Below the pieces are notes generated by a model that had not been told where the DNA came from, made no database searches, and was given only the letters and a program-made list of their open reading frames with translations. From an uncultured Nitrososphaeraceae archaeon (lineage in GTDB: Archaea > Thermoproteota > Nitrososphaeria > Nitrososphaerales > Nitrososphaeraceae): a stretch of DNA of 64,000 nt. The stretch is taken from the NCBI GenBank assembly GCA_963765895.1, contig CAVXZB010000019.1, positions 1-64,000 on the forward strand, read 5' to 3'. Each line of letters begins with the position of its first letter. The stretch's first letter is position 1. Below, one piece after another: positions 1 through 9,960 of this stretch. The position numbers and the translations under genes are program-made.

Positions 1-57
1 TTTTCAGATAATCAATAAAAATGTCGAAAAATCTCCGCTGACCCACCGCAAGTATCG

Positions 58-1161
58 CTATGGAGTTCCGTATTTCCCTGATAGGTCAGTAAATGTCTCA
101 CCAACAGTAAGTGGTGGTATTACATGTATTGTTAAATTTGCCGGACCAGATATATAGCCAATTGTCGGATATTTTTTAGATACTTCAAACTCTGGATCTA
201 CAACTTGAGTTGCTTTTTCGACAGGAGCAGTGGAGGCAGCGCTGATAAGCGATGTGCTATATGTTGTTGCTATTAAGACTGAAGCCACAAACGGTATACT
301 GTATACTCCTACTGGTGTTTGTGGAGAAGTCTCTATTTTAAATAACGGAGGTTGAATTCTCTGGGCAGATACATGTAACCCGGTAGAACTGAAATTTGTG
401 AGCTTACTGAAAGTTATACTGGTAACATTATTAGAATAGGGCGTAGACATCTCAGCCGGAATCAACTGCGTTTCTCCTTGTCTTATCACTATATTCTTTG
501 GATGCGTTAATATGTCGATACCTGCGGGAGGAATAGCAACCCAACTTGTAAAATCTCTAACTTCATTTGATTTGTATGATTCTGCAGTATAAAATGATAA
601 GCCGTATCCAGTAGGATAGTTTAAAGAGCTCAGATCCAATCGTAGTCTAACATATCCTGGCCCTAACGTAGTCCCACCAAAAGGCATTGTATAGTTTATC
701 TTAGACTTTACAAGCGCAGAAGAACCTGATGATGATAATTGGTAAAGATATTCACTCCATTTCCCATCAACTGCTTCAATATAATAGTTGTAATTGGCTC
801 CGTTATATCCTGAAGTTGGAGGCAAGGAAACAATGGCAATAAGCATACCATACCTGATTTTTTTGAGTGGTTGACTATATGTAGAAGAATTTTCCAAATT
901 TGATTTTAACCAAAGTGTAGCATCTAGAGTTTTCCCATCACTAAGATAATCTACTGCCACTATGTTTGCATAGTCGGACTTTAAATGAGAGCTGTCATTA
1001 CCATAAGTTTGAACCCAATCATTTTTCTGATTTTTCATTTGTTCATCAGTTATGAAAATTTGATCAAATGCAGGAGATGCAGCAAAAGCATTGTGAAAAA
1101 AAGGATAGGAGAATAACAGAAATAATAATATAAAAACGATAACTATCGAAGTTAAGGGCAA
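58..1161 (-). CDS. Secreted/membrane-anchored hypothetical protein (Nitrososphaera-type expanded family), probably frameshifted near the C-terminal TM
   Basis: 367 aa ORF with signal peptide ending AFA-A; VDYLSDGKTLDATLWL-type motif; a hydrophobic continuation appears in another frame at the window edge. Confidence 0.6.
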   Translation of the reverse strand: MPLTSIVIVFILLFLLFSYPFFHNAFAASPAFDQIFITDEQMKNQKNDWVQTYGNDSSHLKSDYANIVAVDYLSDGKTLDATLWLKSNLENSSTYSQPLKKIRYGMLIAIVSLPPTSGYNGANYNYYIEAVDGKWSEYLYQLSSSGSSALVKSKINYTMPFGGTTLGPGYVRLRLDLSSLNYPTGYGLSFYTAESYKSNEVRDFTSWVAIPPAGIDILTHPKNIVIRQGETQLIPAEMSTPYSNNVTSITFSKLTNFSSTGLHVSAQRIQPPLFKIETSPQTPVGVYSIPFVASVLIATTYSTSLISAASTAPVEKATQVVDPEFEVSKKYPTIGYISGPANLTIHVIPPLTVGETFTDLSGKYGTP

Positions 1162-1646
1162 CGCAAATCCTCTATATGCCTAACCCTATCTGAAGTAGAT
1201 AAGGTTTTCATGTTTTGAGAGCCCAAAAGGGTGATGTACACTATATGAGAGAACATTTGTGCAAAGGAACGACAAAACAAATTGGACATCAGATGTATAG
1301 ACTGACAGTTCGATATACATGTAAGTTGAACAGGTAAGACTTCATGTGTGTATCAGTCATTGGCACGCGCTTATGCCGTTACTGTTCAATGTGCTGCTGC
1401 ACGCAAGCCGTTTGAACAGACCAGCTACTTACGCCACTTGATGTAAGCAACATGCTCTAGCGGCCGGCACTAAACCCCCAATTAAGCCTGCAGTGGCCAA
1501 GCCCGCAGTCCTAAAGTCTAGATTCCCCAGGCTCCTCACAATGGGACAGTCACATCAAGGCCAAGGGAAATTCATTGATTACAATACTGATACACAGAAA
1601 GTACCATCAGTATCCAAGCAGCTTAGAGTGCGATTGTATACGAAAT

Positions 1647-1973
1647 TTAACCACGTGGGATAGAGACTTTAAGAATATCACATGTTACTTTAGGCCCAGT
1701 TTCTATACACGCTCCGTAATACTGATTTGGTGGAAGTGCAGGCAGGTTATGTGTACGTTCGAGAAATTGGTCATGACATTCATCATGATCTGGACCGTAT
1801 GTACAGGGTCTATCTAAGCTGTCACCACCTATACCATTTTCTTGACATGAGTCGTCACAGTCTGTATCCGCCCGATTTGCCGATACACTTTGCGCTGATG
1901 GCACGCCTATCATTATTGTAGTGCCTAGCGACGCAACTAGCATCATTACAATTACACTTAAGATTATTTTCAT
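1647..1973 (-). CDS. Small secreted Cys-rich protein
   Basis: Start MKIILSVIV (ATG 1973), signal peptide, 6 Cys; shares QxYGxCxE..CDIL module with 3761..4411. Confidence 0.7.
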   Translation of the reverse strand: MKIILSVIVMMLVASLGTTIMIGVPSAQSVSANRADTDCDDSCQENGIGGDSLDRPCTYGPDHDECHDQFLERTHNLPALPPNQYYGACIETGPKVTCDILKVSIPRG

Positions 1974-1984
1974 TTTACTTGCAC

Positions 1985-2545
1985 CTAAGTGACTTGCCTC
2001 ACACACCAGTTTAGATCGTCTTCGGGATGGTCATGTATACAATAATCATATGCCCTTGCTTCTTGGTATATCCCACCGCTTAGATCATAAATAAGCTTAG
2101 GTATAGAGGGGGAGTAAGGGTCTATTACACTGTTCTGGCCACATGAATACATATTACGATAGCTAATGTGGACGCATGCCGTAGCAGCACTTGCATTCAA
2201 CTTATCTGACACCACGAAAAACCCTGCGTCTATTACACTATCATTTTTTAATGGTATTTCACTTTCCTTTACTGGATGACAGACGACCGGCTTGGGATTG
2301 GTATAATTAGGATTGAAATCCAAACATGCAGTAAGATTTGGGTTTACTAATTTAGCCCCTATGCCAGAGGGGTCTGTAGCCGACTGATATGTTCCAACTA
2401 AAAATAAGTGATATTTTGTCATACCCCTTGGAGAATATGAACTGCTTGCTGTCCAATACCCCTTACTTGCCATTACATTCGGTGCAATGGCCGAAATCAA
2501 TACGATGATGACAAGCGCACTAATTACTATTATTTTCATTCTCAT
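1985..2545 (-). CDS. Secreted Cys-rich protein
   Basis: Signal peptide; GFFVVSDKLN..AC..I.Y.N.Y.C module shared with 7483..7878. Confidence 0.7.
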   Translation of the reverse strand: MRMKIIVISALVIIVLISAIAPNVMASKGYWTASSSYSPRGMTKYHLFLVGTYQSATDPSGIGAKLVNPNLTACLDFNPNYTNPKPVVCHPVKESEIPLKNDSVIDAGFFVVSDKLNASAATACVHISYRNMYSCGQNSVIDPYSPSIPKLIYDLSGGIYQEARAYDYCIHDHPEDDLNWCVRQVT

Positions 2546-2550
2546 TTCCC

Positions 2551-2901
2551 CTAGTTCGCTGGCCCAAACTTACACGTATACTTATCTGTAACAGTTTGCC
2601 CTACCATCCAAACCGCCGAAGATGGACCATCACTACACCAAAAATCTGCTTCATCATCCATTGATGCGTTCGGTCCGACAATTGAACAGAATCCTAAGAC
2701 ATATCCATCGATGAACTCCGTCTGATTGATAAAACCATTAGGTGAATGCCATATATAGATATGACATTCTGGCTGACAAGGGTCTTTTGCATCAGCAACT
2801 CCATGATCATATCCAGGCAATATATCAGATATTGGATGTTTGGATAACGGAGCATGTGCAAGGCAGATGACAGTTAATAATGTGGTATGTATAAATTTCA
2901 A
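2551..2901 (-). CDS. Secreted Cys-rich paralog (HG..DAK..C..CH..GF.NQT.F..GY..GFC module), 5' end possibly truncated
   Basis: Clear paralogy with 3761..4411 and 4424..4822. Confidence 0.65.
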   Translation of the reverse strand: MKFIHTTLLTVICLAHAPLSKHPISDILPGYDHGVADAKDPCQPECHIYIWHSPNGFINQTEFIDGYVLGFCSIVGPNASMDDEADFWCSDGPSSAVWMVGQTVTDKYTCKFGPAN

Positions 2902-2922
2902 TGATTACCATACCATTGGCGA

Positions 2923-3549
2923 CTAGCCCAGAAATGGTCCCCCGCTAACGCCACCAGTGAATTTAGACGCTGTACCCTTCTTTTCAGTCCAATTATCGAT
3001 ACGTAGTTGATCTATTGGCGATTTATCTCCCTGTCGGTCAACGAAAGGTGTTCCATTTCCTAGCTGGCCTCGGTCTACTACTTGGGCCACCTGATTGCCT
3101 TCAAGATACAAGGTTACACGAACCGTGCCATCAGGTAGATTCTCCTTCGTACCCCTAAGATTATATGTTGAACCTGGCCGTAAATCAACATTCTCTGTTA
3201 CCTTTGTGTCTTTGAAATCCAGGTATTTTTTCTTATCACATGTGTTATATTCTTTCCCTATTCCGGTCTTGCCACCATTTATACCGAGATAGCCCTTGTA
3301 TCCCGCGACGCTTGAACAGCCATCACTATGCCGACCCCCCCCGAGTTGGAGAGTAGCTGTATCATTTGCCTTATAATCCGGCGGGATAGTGATTCTAACA
3401 TGAAAATCGGACGTAGCATCACCATTCCCCACGCCATATTGAAGACGATTGCACTTTTCAATCCCAGGACCACAGCCACTAGTATGCGTAGAAATTTCAT
3501 TTATGTCTGGACCATTTGGTTTGGATTTTCCAATTCTTGTGTTACTCAT
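2923..3549 (-). CDS. Hypothetical beta-sandwich (lectin/polysaccharide-lyase-like) protein
   Basis: 208 aa ORF; GGGRHSD and QLRIDNW motifs resemble AOA carbohydrate-binding-type proteins (recall, unverified). Confidence 0.5.
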   Translation of the reverse strand: MSNTRIGKSKPNGPDINEISTHTSGCGPGIEKCNRLQYGVGNGDATSDFHVRITIPPDYKANDTATLQLGGGRHSDGCSSVAGYKGYLGINGGKTGIGKEYNTCDKKKYLDFKDTKVTENVDLRPGSTYNLRGTKENLPDGTVRVTLYLEGNQVAQVVDRGQLGNGTPFVDRQGDKSPIDQLRIDNWTEKKGTASKFTGGVSGGPFLG

Positions 3550-3760
3550 GTCTATACTATAGTAAGTTCTATAGTAACAATATACTTATTCTTTTAAGAA
3601 GAAGATCCTGAAAAACTATACACCGTATTCTTCCGAGGCGTGATATTTACCAATTAAAGAGATCATAACTACCTTAAGTATATCATAATCGCTCTTGCAG
3701 ACGTATTGTTAATTGTCTTATGAAGTTGTTGAAATCATACCACCTGGTTATGGCAGCCGG

Positions 3761-4411
3761 CTAAGGAGTCCAAAAATCACTGCTGTTCATTGGTTTATAA
3801 CGCGCGTCCTGCGGACCTTTGTCACAATTAAATGAGGCCTGATCAACGACACTTCCAATACTTCCGAATTCGCTGTTGCTACAGAATCCCAAGCTATATC
3901 CTCTGACAAACTCCTGTGTCTGATTCATAAAGCCATTACCTCGCATACGTATCCACCAATGGCAGCCCTCGGGGTGATTGCAGCTAGCCTTTACATCGGC
4001 CTCTCCGTATTCAAGCCCAGATTGAAAATCTGCTTTTGGATTATCAGCTAATTTAAGATCATATAGACCTCCGGTAGTACTTCTGGTGTCGTTTAGAATA
4101 TCACATACAAGCCCTACACTTCTTTCTTCACATTCTCCATAATGTTGCCCTTTGAGTAGGTCAGGAAAGTCAGAAGTATCTTGGTCATCTGGGCCTGCAC
4201 AAGCCTTGAATCCTTGATGATATCCATTCATAAATTGTGCTGTATGATGACTTGCTTCATGTCCTATTGAATTGATATAGTTAGTACCTGGTAGTTTATC
4301 TGCGTCATTGCATCCGTGCTTATGTCCTAATTGATATTGAGTTAATGCAAAGGCACTTTGCGCGCCTATCATTAGGACTACTATTACAACTGCAATTAGC
4401 AAAGTTTTCAT
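3761..4411 (-). CDS. Secreted Cys-rich multi-module paralog
   Basis: Signal MKTLLIAVV..MIGAQSAFA; two HG..DA/GY..GF repeats plus a CDIL module. Confidence 0.75.
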   Translation of the reverse strand: MKTLLIAVVIVVLMIGAQSAFALTQYQLGHKHGCNDADKLPGTNYINSIGHEASHHTAQFMNGYHQGFKACAGPDDQDTSDFPDLLKGQHYGECEERSVGLVCDILNDTRSTTGGLYDLKLADNPKADFQSGLEYGEADVKASCNHPEGCHWWIRMRGNGFMNQTQEFVRGYSLGFCSNSEFGSIGSVVDQASFNCDKGPQDARYKPMNSSDFWTP

Positions 4412-4423
4412 TTACACATCCTC

Positions 4424-4822
4424 CTAGTTCGGGGTCCAAAATGTAGTGTTGTTATCATCTAGACTTCCAGGTTCTGCCCAGCGGACGCCTTTCGGTTCGT
4501 CATCACATGATTTAATATCTGCCTGCTCTGCGTCACTTCCTCCACCACGTGCATTTTCTGGCATACCACAGAAGCCATGTACGTAACCTTCAATGAACTC
4601 CTGAGTCTGGTCGATAAAACCATGACCGCGCATAAGGATCCACCAATGGCATACGTCTGGATAATTACAACCAGCCTTTGCATCTTGGGCCCCAATTGCA
4701 AGTCCTGATATAACATCAGCCATTGGATGTTTAGAGAATGGGGCGTCTTTTAACTCGGCTGCATAGGCACTCTGCGCGCCTATCATTAGACTTATTGTGA
4801 TTACACTTAGAATTATTTTCAT
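4424..4822 (-). CDS. Secreted Cys-rich paralog
   Basis: Signal MKIILSVI..MIGAQSAYA; CHWWI.MRG.GF..QTQEF shared with 3761..4411. Confidence 0.75.
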   Translation of the reverse strand: MKIILSVITISLMIGAQSAYAAELKDAPFSKHPMADVISGLAIGAQDAKAGCNYPDVCHWWILMRGHGFIDQTQEFIEGYVHGFCGMPENARGGGSDAEQADIKSCDDEPKGVRWAEPGSLDDNNTTFWTPN

Positions 4823-4928
4823 TTACTTGTCACCTAAGTGAGTTGTCTCACACACCAGTTGAGATCGAGTTATAGGGATAAGGAACACCACACGACGAAG
4901 ATAGGGAGGTCTATTGCTGGTTTGTTGG

Positions 4929-5324
4929 CTACTTCCATTCCCAAACCTTCAAATTGAAGGTACCTCCTTCATCGATGTCCAACTCCTTAACTCCCGGCAA
5001 GCTATTTAACCTTGCAAATTTCGGCGAGGAAGCCTGCCAGATAACTCCACCCCGCCAGCTCGCCTTTAGGCCACTTCCGGTAGGTCGCCCCCTTCCATGA
5101 GCCCACACACCTACAGTGTCCCCTTCTTTGGTTGTGCAGATTCCATTGAACTCTGCAATCAAGGTTCCTCCATGAGGGGTTGCGACGCCTGTATAGATAG
5201 ATGAATAGTCTGCACCGAACAATTTGCCAGTTCCCTGATAGGTCGCTTCCACTTTTCCGCCGGGGAGTGCCCTTATTCCTGCGAACTTCCCAGTTTCTTC
5301 GAATGCTAAATCTCCTAGAGCCAT
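4929..5324 (-). CDS. Hypothetical protein (all-beta, 131 aa)
   Basis: Clean ATG ORF with globular composition ending KVWEWK. Confidence 0.65.
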   Translation of the reverse strand: MALGDLAFEETGKFAGIRALPGGKVEATYQGTGKLFGADYSSIYTGVATPHGGTLIAEFNGICTTKEGDTVGVWAHGRGRPTGSGLKASWRGGVIWQASSPKFARLNSLPGVKELDIDEGGTFNLKVWEWK

Positions 5325-5392
5325 GTGACCGTGGAATCTAGGACTGCTATTTATGCGTTCTCAGTTCCCGAAAGGCTCTGTAGTTAAAAAGA

Positions 5393-5683
5393 ATGTACGT
5401 TCAAGATAATAGAGTGTCCCAAAATGAACAAAATGAGAATGGCAACGTTAGTATCCTTGCTAAAGAGATCAAATCACAGAAAGACTTTGAATATGCTCTA
5501 AGAGAAGAAAATGCACTTCTATTTGGTAAGATGCTTTCTGAATGTGGACAAAATAAAGACTACATCAGAGCTCGCTGTCTCCAAAGGAAAAAACTATTCA
5601 GCTGAATCGTTATCCATGCTTTTAGCATTACAACAACAAAAGATGATAAATGAATTGATTGCTAAAGTATCTGAATGGCACTA
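5393..5683 (+). pseudogene. Frameshifted hypothetical protein (ILAKEI..DFEYALREENALLF..YSAESL..QQQKMINELI)
   Basis: Frameshift near 5575; a second decayed copy lies at ~38360..38660 on the minus strand. Confidence 0.6.
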
Positions 5684-5949
5684 GCAGGGGACCGTTTGGG
5701 GGAATCATTCGAGCGCCCTATAACATTCATTGAATTTATCACTGTTTAGTTTAAAATGATAATATTCAATACATTGCCTAACTGTAATTACCTCTGGATA
5801 TGCCAAGTAATTCATATACAAATAGTGCATAGGTCCTTTTAGAGCCTCACCGATTTTGATTCCCTCGTATTTGATTTGGCATACACTCCAGGAGAAGTGG
5901 AATTAATTGATATTACGAAAAAGCCCGCATTCACTATACTATTATTGGT

Positions 5950-6165
5950 TAATGTAGTCATAGAGAGGCTTATCAACTCTCTCCTTCTGAGGTAAACCGA
6001 TGATATGATCAAAGTAGCAGTCTCCGATTATTCCTATGTCTTGTTTGTTATGGTCTTCAATGTTTCTAAATCCAAAATGGTTTATTATGCTGTCTTTCGA
6101 TTAGGCTGGATTACTGCCGTGCTGTTTCGAAACTAACTCACTTCTTTAGATCTTGGAAGGTCGCT
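5950..6165 (-). pseudogene. N-terminal remnant of a thaumarchaeal mobile-element terminase/helicase-like protein
   Basis: Broken translation TFQDLKK..HNKPFWI..GDCYFDHIIGLPQKERVDKPLYDY; family assignment from memory. Confidence 0.4.
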
Positions 6166-6318
6166 CTATTATATATCACAGCCTAAGTCTTAGCTTTTTC
6201 TACTCAAGCACCTATACACTGAAATATTTCCGAAAAGTATCAAGAATTATACTGAAAACGCGATTAACAAATAATCAGAAAAAGTGAGTAGGGCCAAGTG
6301 GGGCCAGGTTAAAGCTTA

Positions 6319-6924
6319 CTAACCAGCAGCATTTCCACCGTTACCGCCAGAGCCACCCTGTCCAAAGTGAGTTGTTTGTCCCGAGCCAATTTGTGTTGCA
6401 GTCGCTGCTCCTCCGCTGCCGCCACCGCCGCCGCCACCGCTCTGACCGACACCGCCGCCACCTGCTCCGCCGCCGCCGCTACCTGCAGCTGCTGCTGCAC
6501 TGTTGGTGGTTAGGCTTGTTGCTGCGCTAGCATCACCGCCGTTCGCGCCATTGCCGCCATTGCCACCACCGTTTAAACTTCCAGTGCTTCCATCTCCACC
6601 TGAACCGCCGTTATTGCCAGCTACGCCCATTCCTCCGGTTCCGCTTCCAACTGTTGCTGTCGTAGATGCTGATCCGCCGGCTGCACCACCGCCACCGCCA
6701 CCATGGCCGGCACCACCGCCACCGCCGCCGCCACCACCACCAGCTGCGGCTGCAGCTGCAGAGTTGCGAGTTGTCTGAGATGATGCGGCACCATTACCGC
6801 CCGTACCTCCACTACCTCCACTGGCAGCATATGCTATTTGATTTAGGGCTGGCAGTATTGTGAATGTGGCTGTTAGAGCCACAGTCAGGACTACCAGAAT
6901 CAAAAATGTATCTTGGTTTTTCAT
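6319..6924 (-). CDS. Secreted Gly/Ala-rich low-complexity protein
   Basis: Start MKNQDTFLILVV, signal peptide ending AYA-A, then poly-Ala and poly-Gly blocks. Confidence 0.75.
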   Translation of the reverse strand: MKNQDTFLILVVLTVALTATFTILPALNQIAYAASGGSGGTGGNGAASSQTTRNSAAAAAAGGGGGGGGGGAGHGGGGGGAAGGSASTTATVGSGTGGMGVAGNNGGSGGDGSTGSLNGGGNGGNGANGGDASAATSLTTNSAAAAAGSGGGGAGGGGVGQSGGGGGGGSGGAATATQIGSGQTTHFGQGGSGGNGGNAAG

Positions 6925-6972
6925 TCTAGTGTCATAGAATCTTCGAATAGAAAAAGGTTTCTTTAGCATCTA

Positions 6973-7260
6973 CTAATTTTTTATTATAGTTGATGATTCA
7001 ATGTTGCTTCTTAATTTTGCAATAAAACAGAAGTTGGTAAATTGAAAATACATACGCATGATGTCGTGGCCTAATTCATTGCATTTCGGCGGCGATAGAA
7101 TTACTGTATATACATGCTTGCATTTGACATCACGACAAATATAGTCTCGACATGAACAAATCCTTTCAGATTTGGTTACAAGGCCGTTGTAAGTATTGTA
7201 ACCAGATTTTGACCTGACGCTATAATTAGATTCGCCAATAATGGTAACAGCGTATGACAT
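6973..7260 (-). pseudogene. SWIM zinc-finger remnant (transposase-associated type)
   Basis: YSVRSKSG..CSCRDYICRDVKCKHV motif. Confidence 0.6.
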
Positions 7261-7482
7261 TTGGCGCCACGAGGCACGTCGTTTCGTCTCCCTCGCTAGC
7301 TATCATAGGGGCCACGTCCTTAATAGGTTTATTGAGCGCTTCCGCAACGGCAGACACAGCATTTTAAGCCTAGCAAAAGCACCTATAATAGGAGAATATC
7401 TACGTCATGTATAGACATTCTATACTACAACGTAATATCAATTAAGGACATACCTAGTGCTCTCTCTATTTCTGCAATAAAC

Positions 7483-7878
7483 GTGCAACTAGTCTACGCG
7501 CAATCTTTGGATTGGATATTAACTGTTAATCCTGTAAACGTAAATTTTGGAGACTCGGGTATACATATCTCTATTAAAGGACCGTTCAGTTATACAAACT
7601 CTGATTATATTCCCAATTCACAATCCGTGGGTTATTTCGTAGTGTCAGATAAACTGAATACGACTAAGGCTAAGGCATGTATACAAATTGGCTATCAAAA
7701 TTGGTATAACTGTGATGGTCAAACGATAGATGCCAATTCCTATTATACCAATACTAAGATCCTTGCTGACTTGGGACCAACATATGATGATATTAGGGTA
7801 CATGACGCTTGCCTTACTTACCATCACCTAAAGGAAGGGACAGATGAGTTCAACGAGTGTGAGAAGGCACTGGGTTAG
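7483..7878 (+). CDS. Chimeric Cys-rich protein, C-terminal half paralogous to 1985..2545
   Basis: GYFVVSDKLN..ACIQIGYQNWYNC; signal peptide appears eroded. Confidence 0.55.
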   Translation: MQLVYAQSLDWILTVNPVNVNFGDSGIHISIKGPFSYTNSDYIPNSQSVGYFVVSDKLNTTKAKACIQIGYQNWYNCDGQTIDANSYYTNTKILADLGPTYDDIRVHDACLTYHHLKEGTDEFNECEKALG

Positions 7879-8026
7879 CCTAGGGCGTGTGAGCAATGAA
7901 GACAATAATACTTAGCGCAGTCGCGGTATGTCTACTGATAGGCGCGCTAGTTTTCCCGATGAAAAATAATGGAAGGATTCAAATCCTTCTGGCAGATTAG
8001 ATCAATATCGTAGTAAAGTAAAAGCC

Positions 8027-8508
8027 TTGTATGGTGACGGGAAATTAGATATAAATGATATTGAGGAATTAAATAAATTAAATGATTGCATTGCAGAGGA
8101 GTATACAAGAGGCAGGATAAACAAAGAACAATACAACAAATTAGGAGAAGAAATATCAATAAATTATAGAAAAGTTTTCGCAAAAGAAATTGATTTAATT
8201 AATACCTTTAAAGGGGATCAACTAAAACAATTATTTAATATAAAAGGCAGCATAGAGGATACCTATTCGACAGGAAAGATAAGTGCTCTGTATTATAAAA
8301 ATTTGAAGATGAAGATATCAGAGTTGTCTGAAGAAATATTTGAGAGAATGATTGCTTCTCTGAACAATCTACCAAAAGACTCTAAAGTGTCAAAATTAGA
8401 TGGTGTAGAAAATGAAATATCTAACGCATACTCTAAGGAATTAATAACGAATTACATCACTCAATATTAAAAGAGAAACTTTCAAACTATGAAAAACCTA
8501 AGGCATAA
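8027..8508 (+). pseudogene. Helical repeat C-terminal fragment (Y..GKI...Y..L repeats)
   Basis: Three EYTRGRINKEQY / TYSTGKISALYY / AYSKELIT repeats; no N-terminus; frameshift near the end. Confidence 0.5.
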
Positions 8509-9130
8509 TCAAATGGACACTTGATATTTGTGGCCTCAATTTTTAAATTCAGATAAATGAACTCCTCAAAATATCAGAAAGGCATAACCATTTTTAAGAC
8601 TGAATACAAGTTTAGAAATGAGATAGACTAAAATTGAAAGGCATACCTGATAGCCTCATTCCTAACATCTCGACAAGATTGATTATAATATTCTTCTACC
8701 GGATCAGGATAGTTATTGGAAGATAAAAGGAGGAATGTGATTAACATAAGAAAACCGTGGTAAGACGATAGGTAATTCCTACTATTTAGATCCTAATTAG
8801 GAAAGGGATCACGTGAAAGAAAACCCCTTTTATCAAATATTTATTATCATATTGTGGAAATCAGTATATGGGATGTTCCAGCCAGTCTATTGCGAAACAT
8901 TGCGTCCCCTGTTCGCATTTTTAATGGAAATAGCGCCTTTTTAAGGTATTTACCGTTCAGTCGGAAAAACATACCATATCTGACATTAGGAAATATTTCA
9001 TTCGCTAATTCACTTTCAACGGGATGCCTTGCTCCGAAAAACTTGCCGCTTTCTAATACAGAAATGATTTTCATCACAAAAGTCGGAAATAGGGAGAACG
9101 ATGATTTGAAATTCCATTTGTATACTTTTT

Positions 9131-9189
9131 CCACCTAACCCGCATCAAAGTTGTCTCTTTATTACCACCCGAGTTATTATAATAGGTAA
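9131..9189 (+). mobile_element. att-like site 1 (class A core plus right arm)
   Basis: CCACCTAACCCG..CAAAGTTGTCTCTTTATTACCACCC..TATAATAGGTAA, closely matching 20727-20786. Confidence 0.65.
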
Positions 9190-9414
9190 TTGAGTACACA
9201 ATCCGTAATTAGTCAGGGCCTAGAACTTACAAAGGAAGATCCATTATACGCGTTTATGTACGCATTGAAATCTTCTGAGGCAAGAAGACAGTACCCAAAA
9301 AGATTGAAAATGCTATTTGACTACCTTAAACTATCCGGTTCGATACAAGAACAGGCCAATGAATTTCTTAATAAGATAAAAGAGAGGGGTGTAATCAACT
9401 CTTTCCTCTTGTAA
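9190..9414 (+). pseudogene. Tyrosine integrase N-terminal stub
   Basis: DPLYAFMYALKSSEARRQYPKRLKMLFDYL matches the N-terminus of thaumarchaeal integrases; no catalytic domain follows. Confidence 0.75.
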
Positions 9415-9523
9415 TATTAAAAAATTAAAAATTTCTATTTGGATAATTTTTATCAATGGTTAGATTTGGCCGATTATTGCATAATAAAATATCATTGTTA
9501 TATACTTAGGCTAAAGGAAAAAA

Positions 9524-9925
9524 TTGCATATGTCAGAAAAAGAAAAAGAAGTTGGAGCTGAAGCAATCCTTGTATCAATAAACTACAAGGACAGGACTTA
9601 TAGAGAAAGGATTAAAGATATCCATGCGGATAAAGATAAGATAAAAAAAGCTACAAGTGCCCTAAAGGCTCTTGGTTTTACCGTTCCGGCAGCAGACGGT
9701 ATTATAAGCATATCAATATTTGGAAAAAGAGAACTATTTGAGAACATATTTCAGATCAGACTTAACATGATTATATCAAAAGATACGGATAGCAATAAGA
9801 ATACTTCGAGTAGTAAATCTTCATTTAACCATTATTATGTTTCTGACAGAAATGTAAAAATCCCTAAGGAACTTGAAGGTCTGGTGTATGATGTTGTGTT
9901 TAGTAGAGAACCTACATTTGTGTAG
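9524..9925 (+). CDS. Stand-alone subtilase prodomain-like protein
   Basis: AE..L..LKALGFTV..ISISIFGKRELFE..IPKELEGLVYDVVFSREPTFV aligns with the prodomain of the neighbouring S8 protease. Confidence 0.7.
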   Translation: MHMSEKEKEVGAEAILVSINYKDRTYRERIKDIHADKDKIKKATSALKALGFTVPAADGIISISIFGKRELFENIFQIRLNMIISKDTDSNKNTSSSKSSFNHYYVSDRNVKIPKELEGLVYDVVFSREPTFV

Positions 9926-9960
9926 ACTATAATAATAAAATTTAGTTGAGACCTTTTCTA

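Noticed and set aside
6309-6863. Pro-rich, His/Arg-rich and Val/Ala-rich overlapping ORFs
   Set aside because: Alternative-frame shadows of the Gly-rich gene
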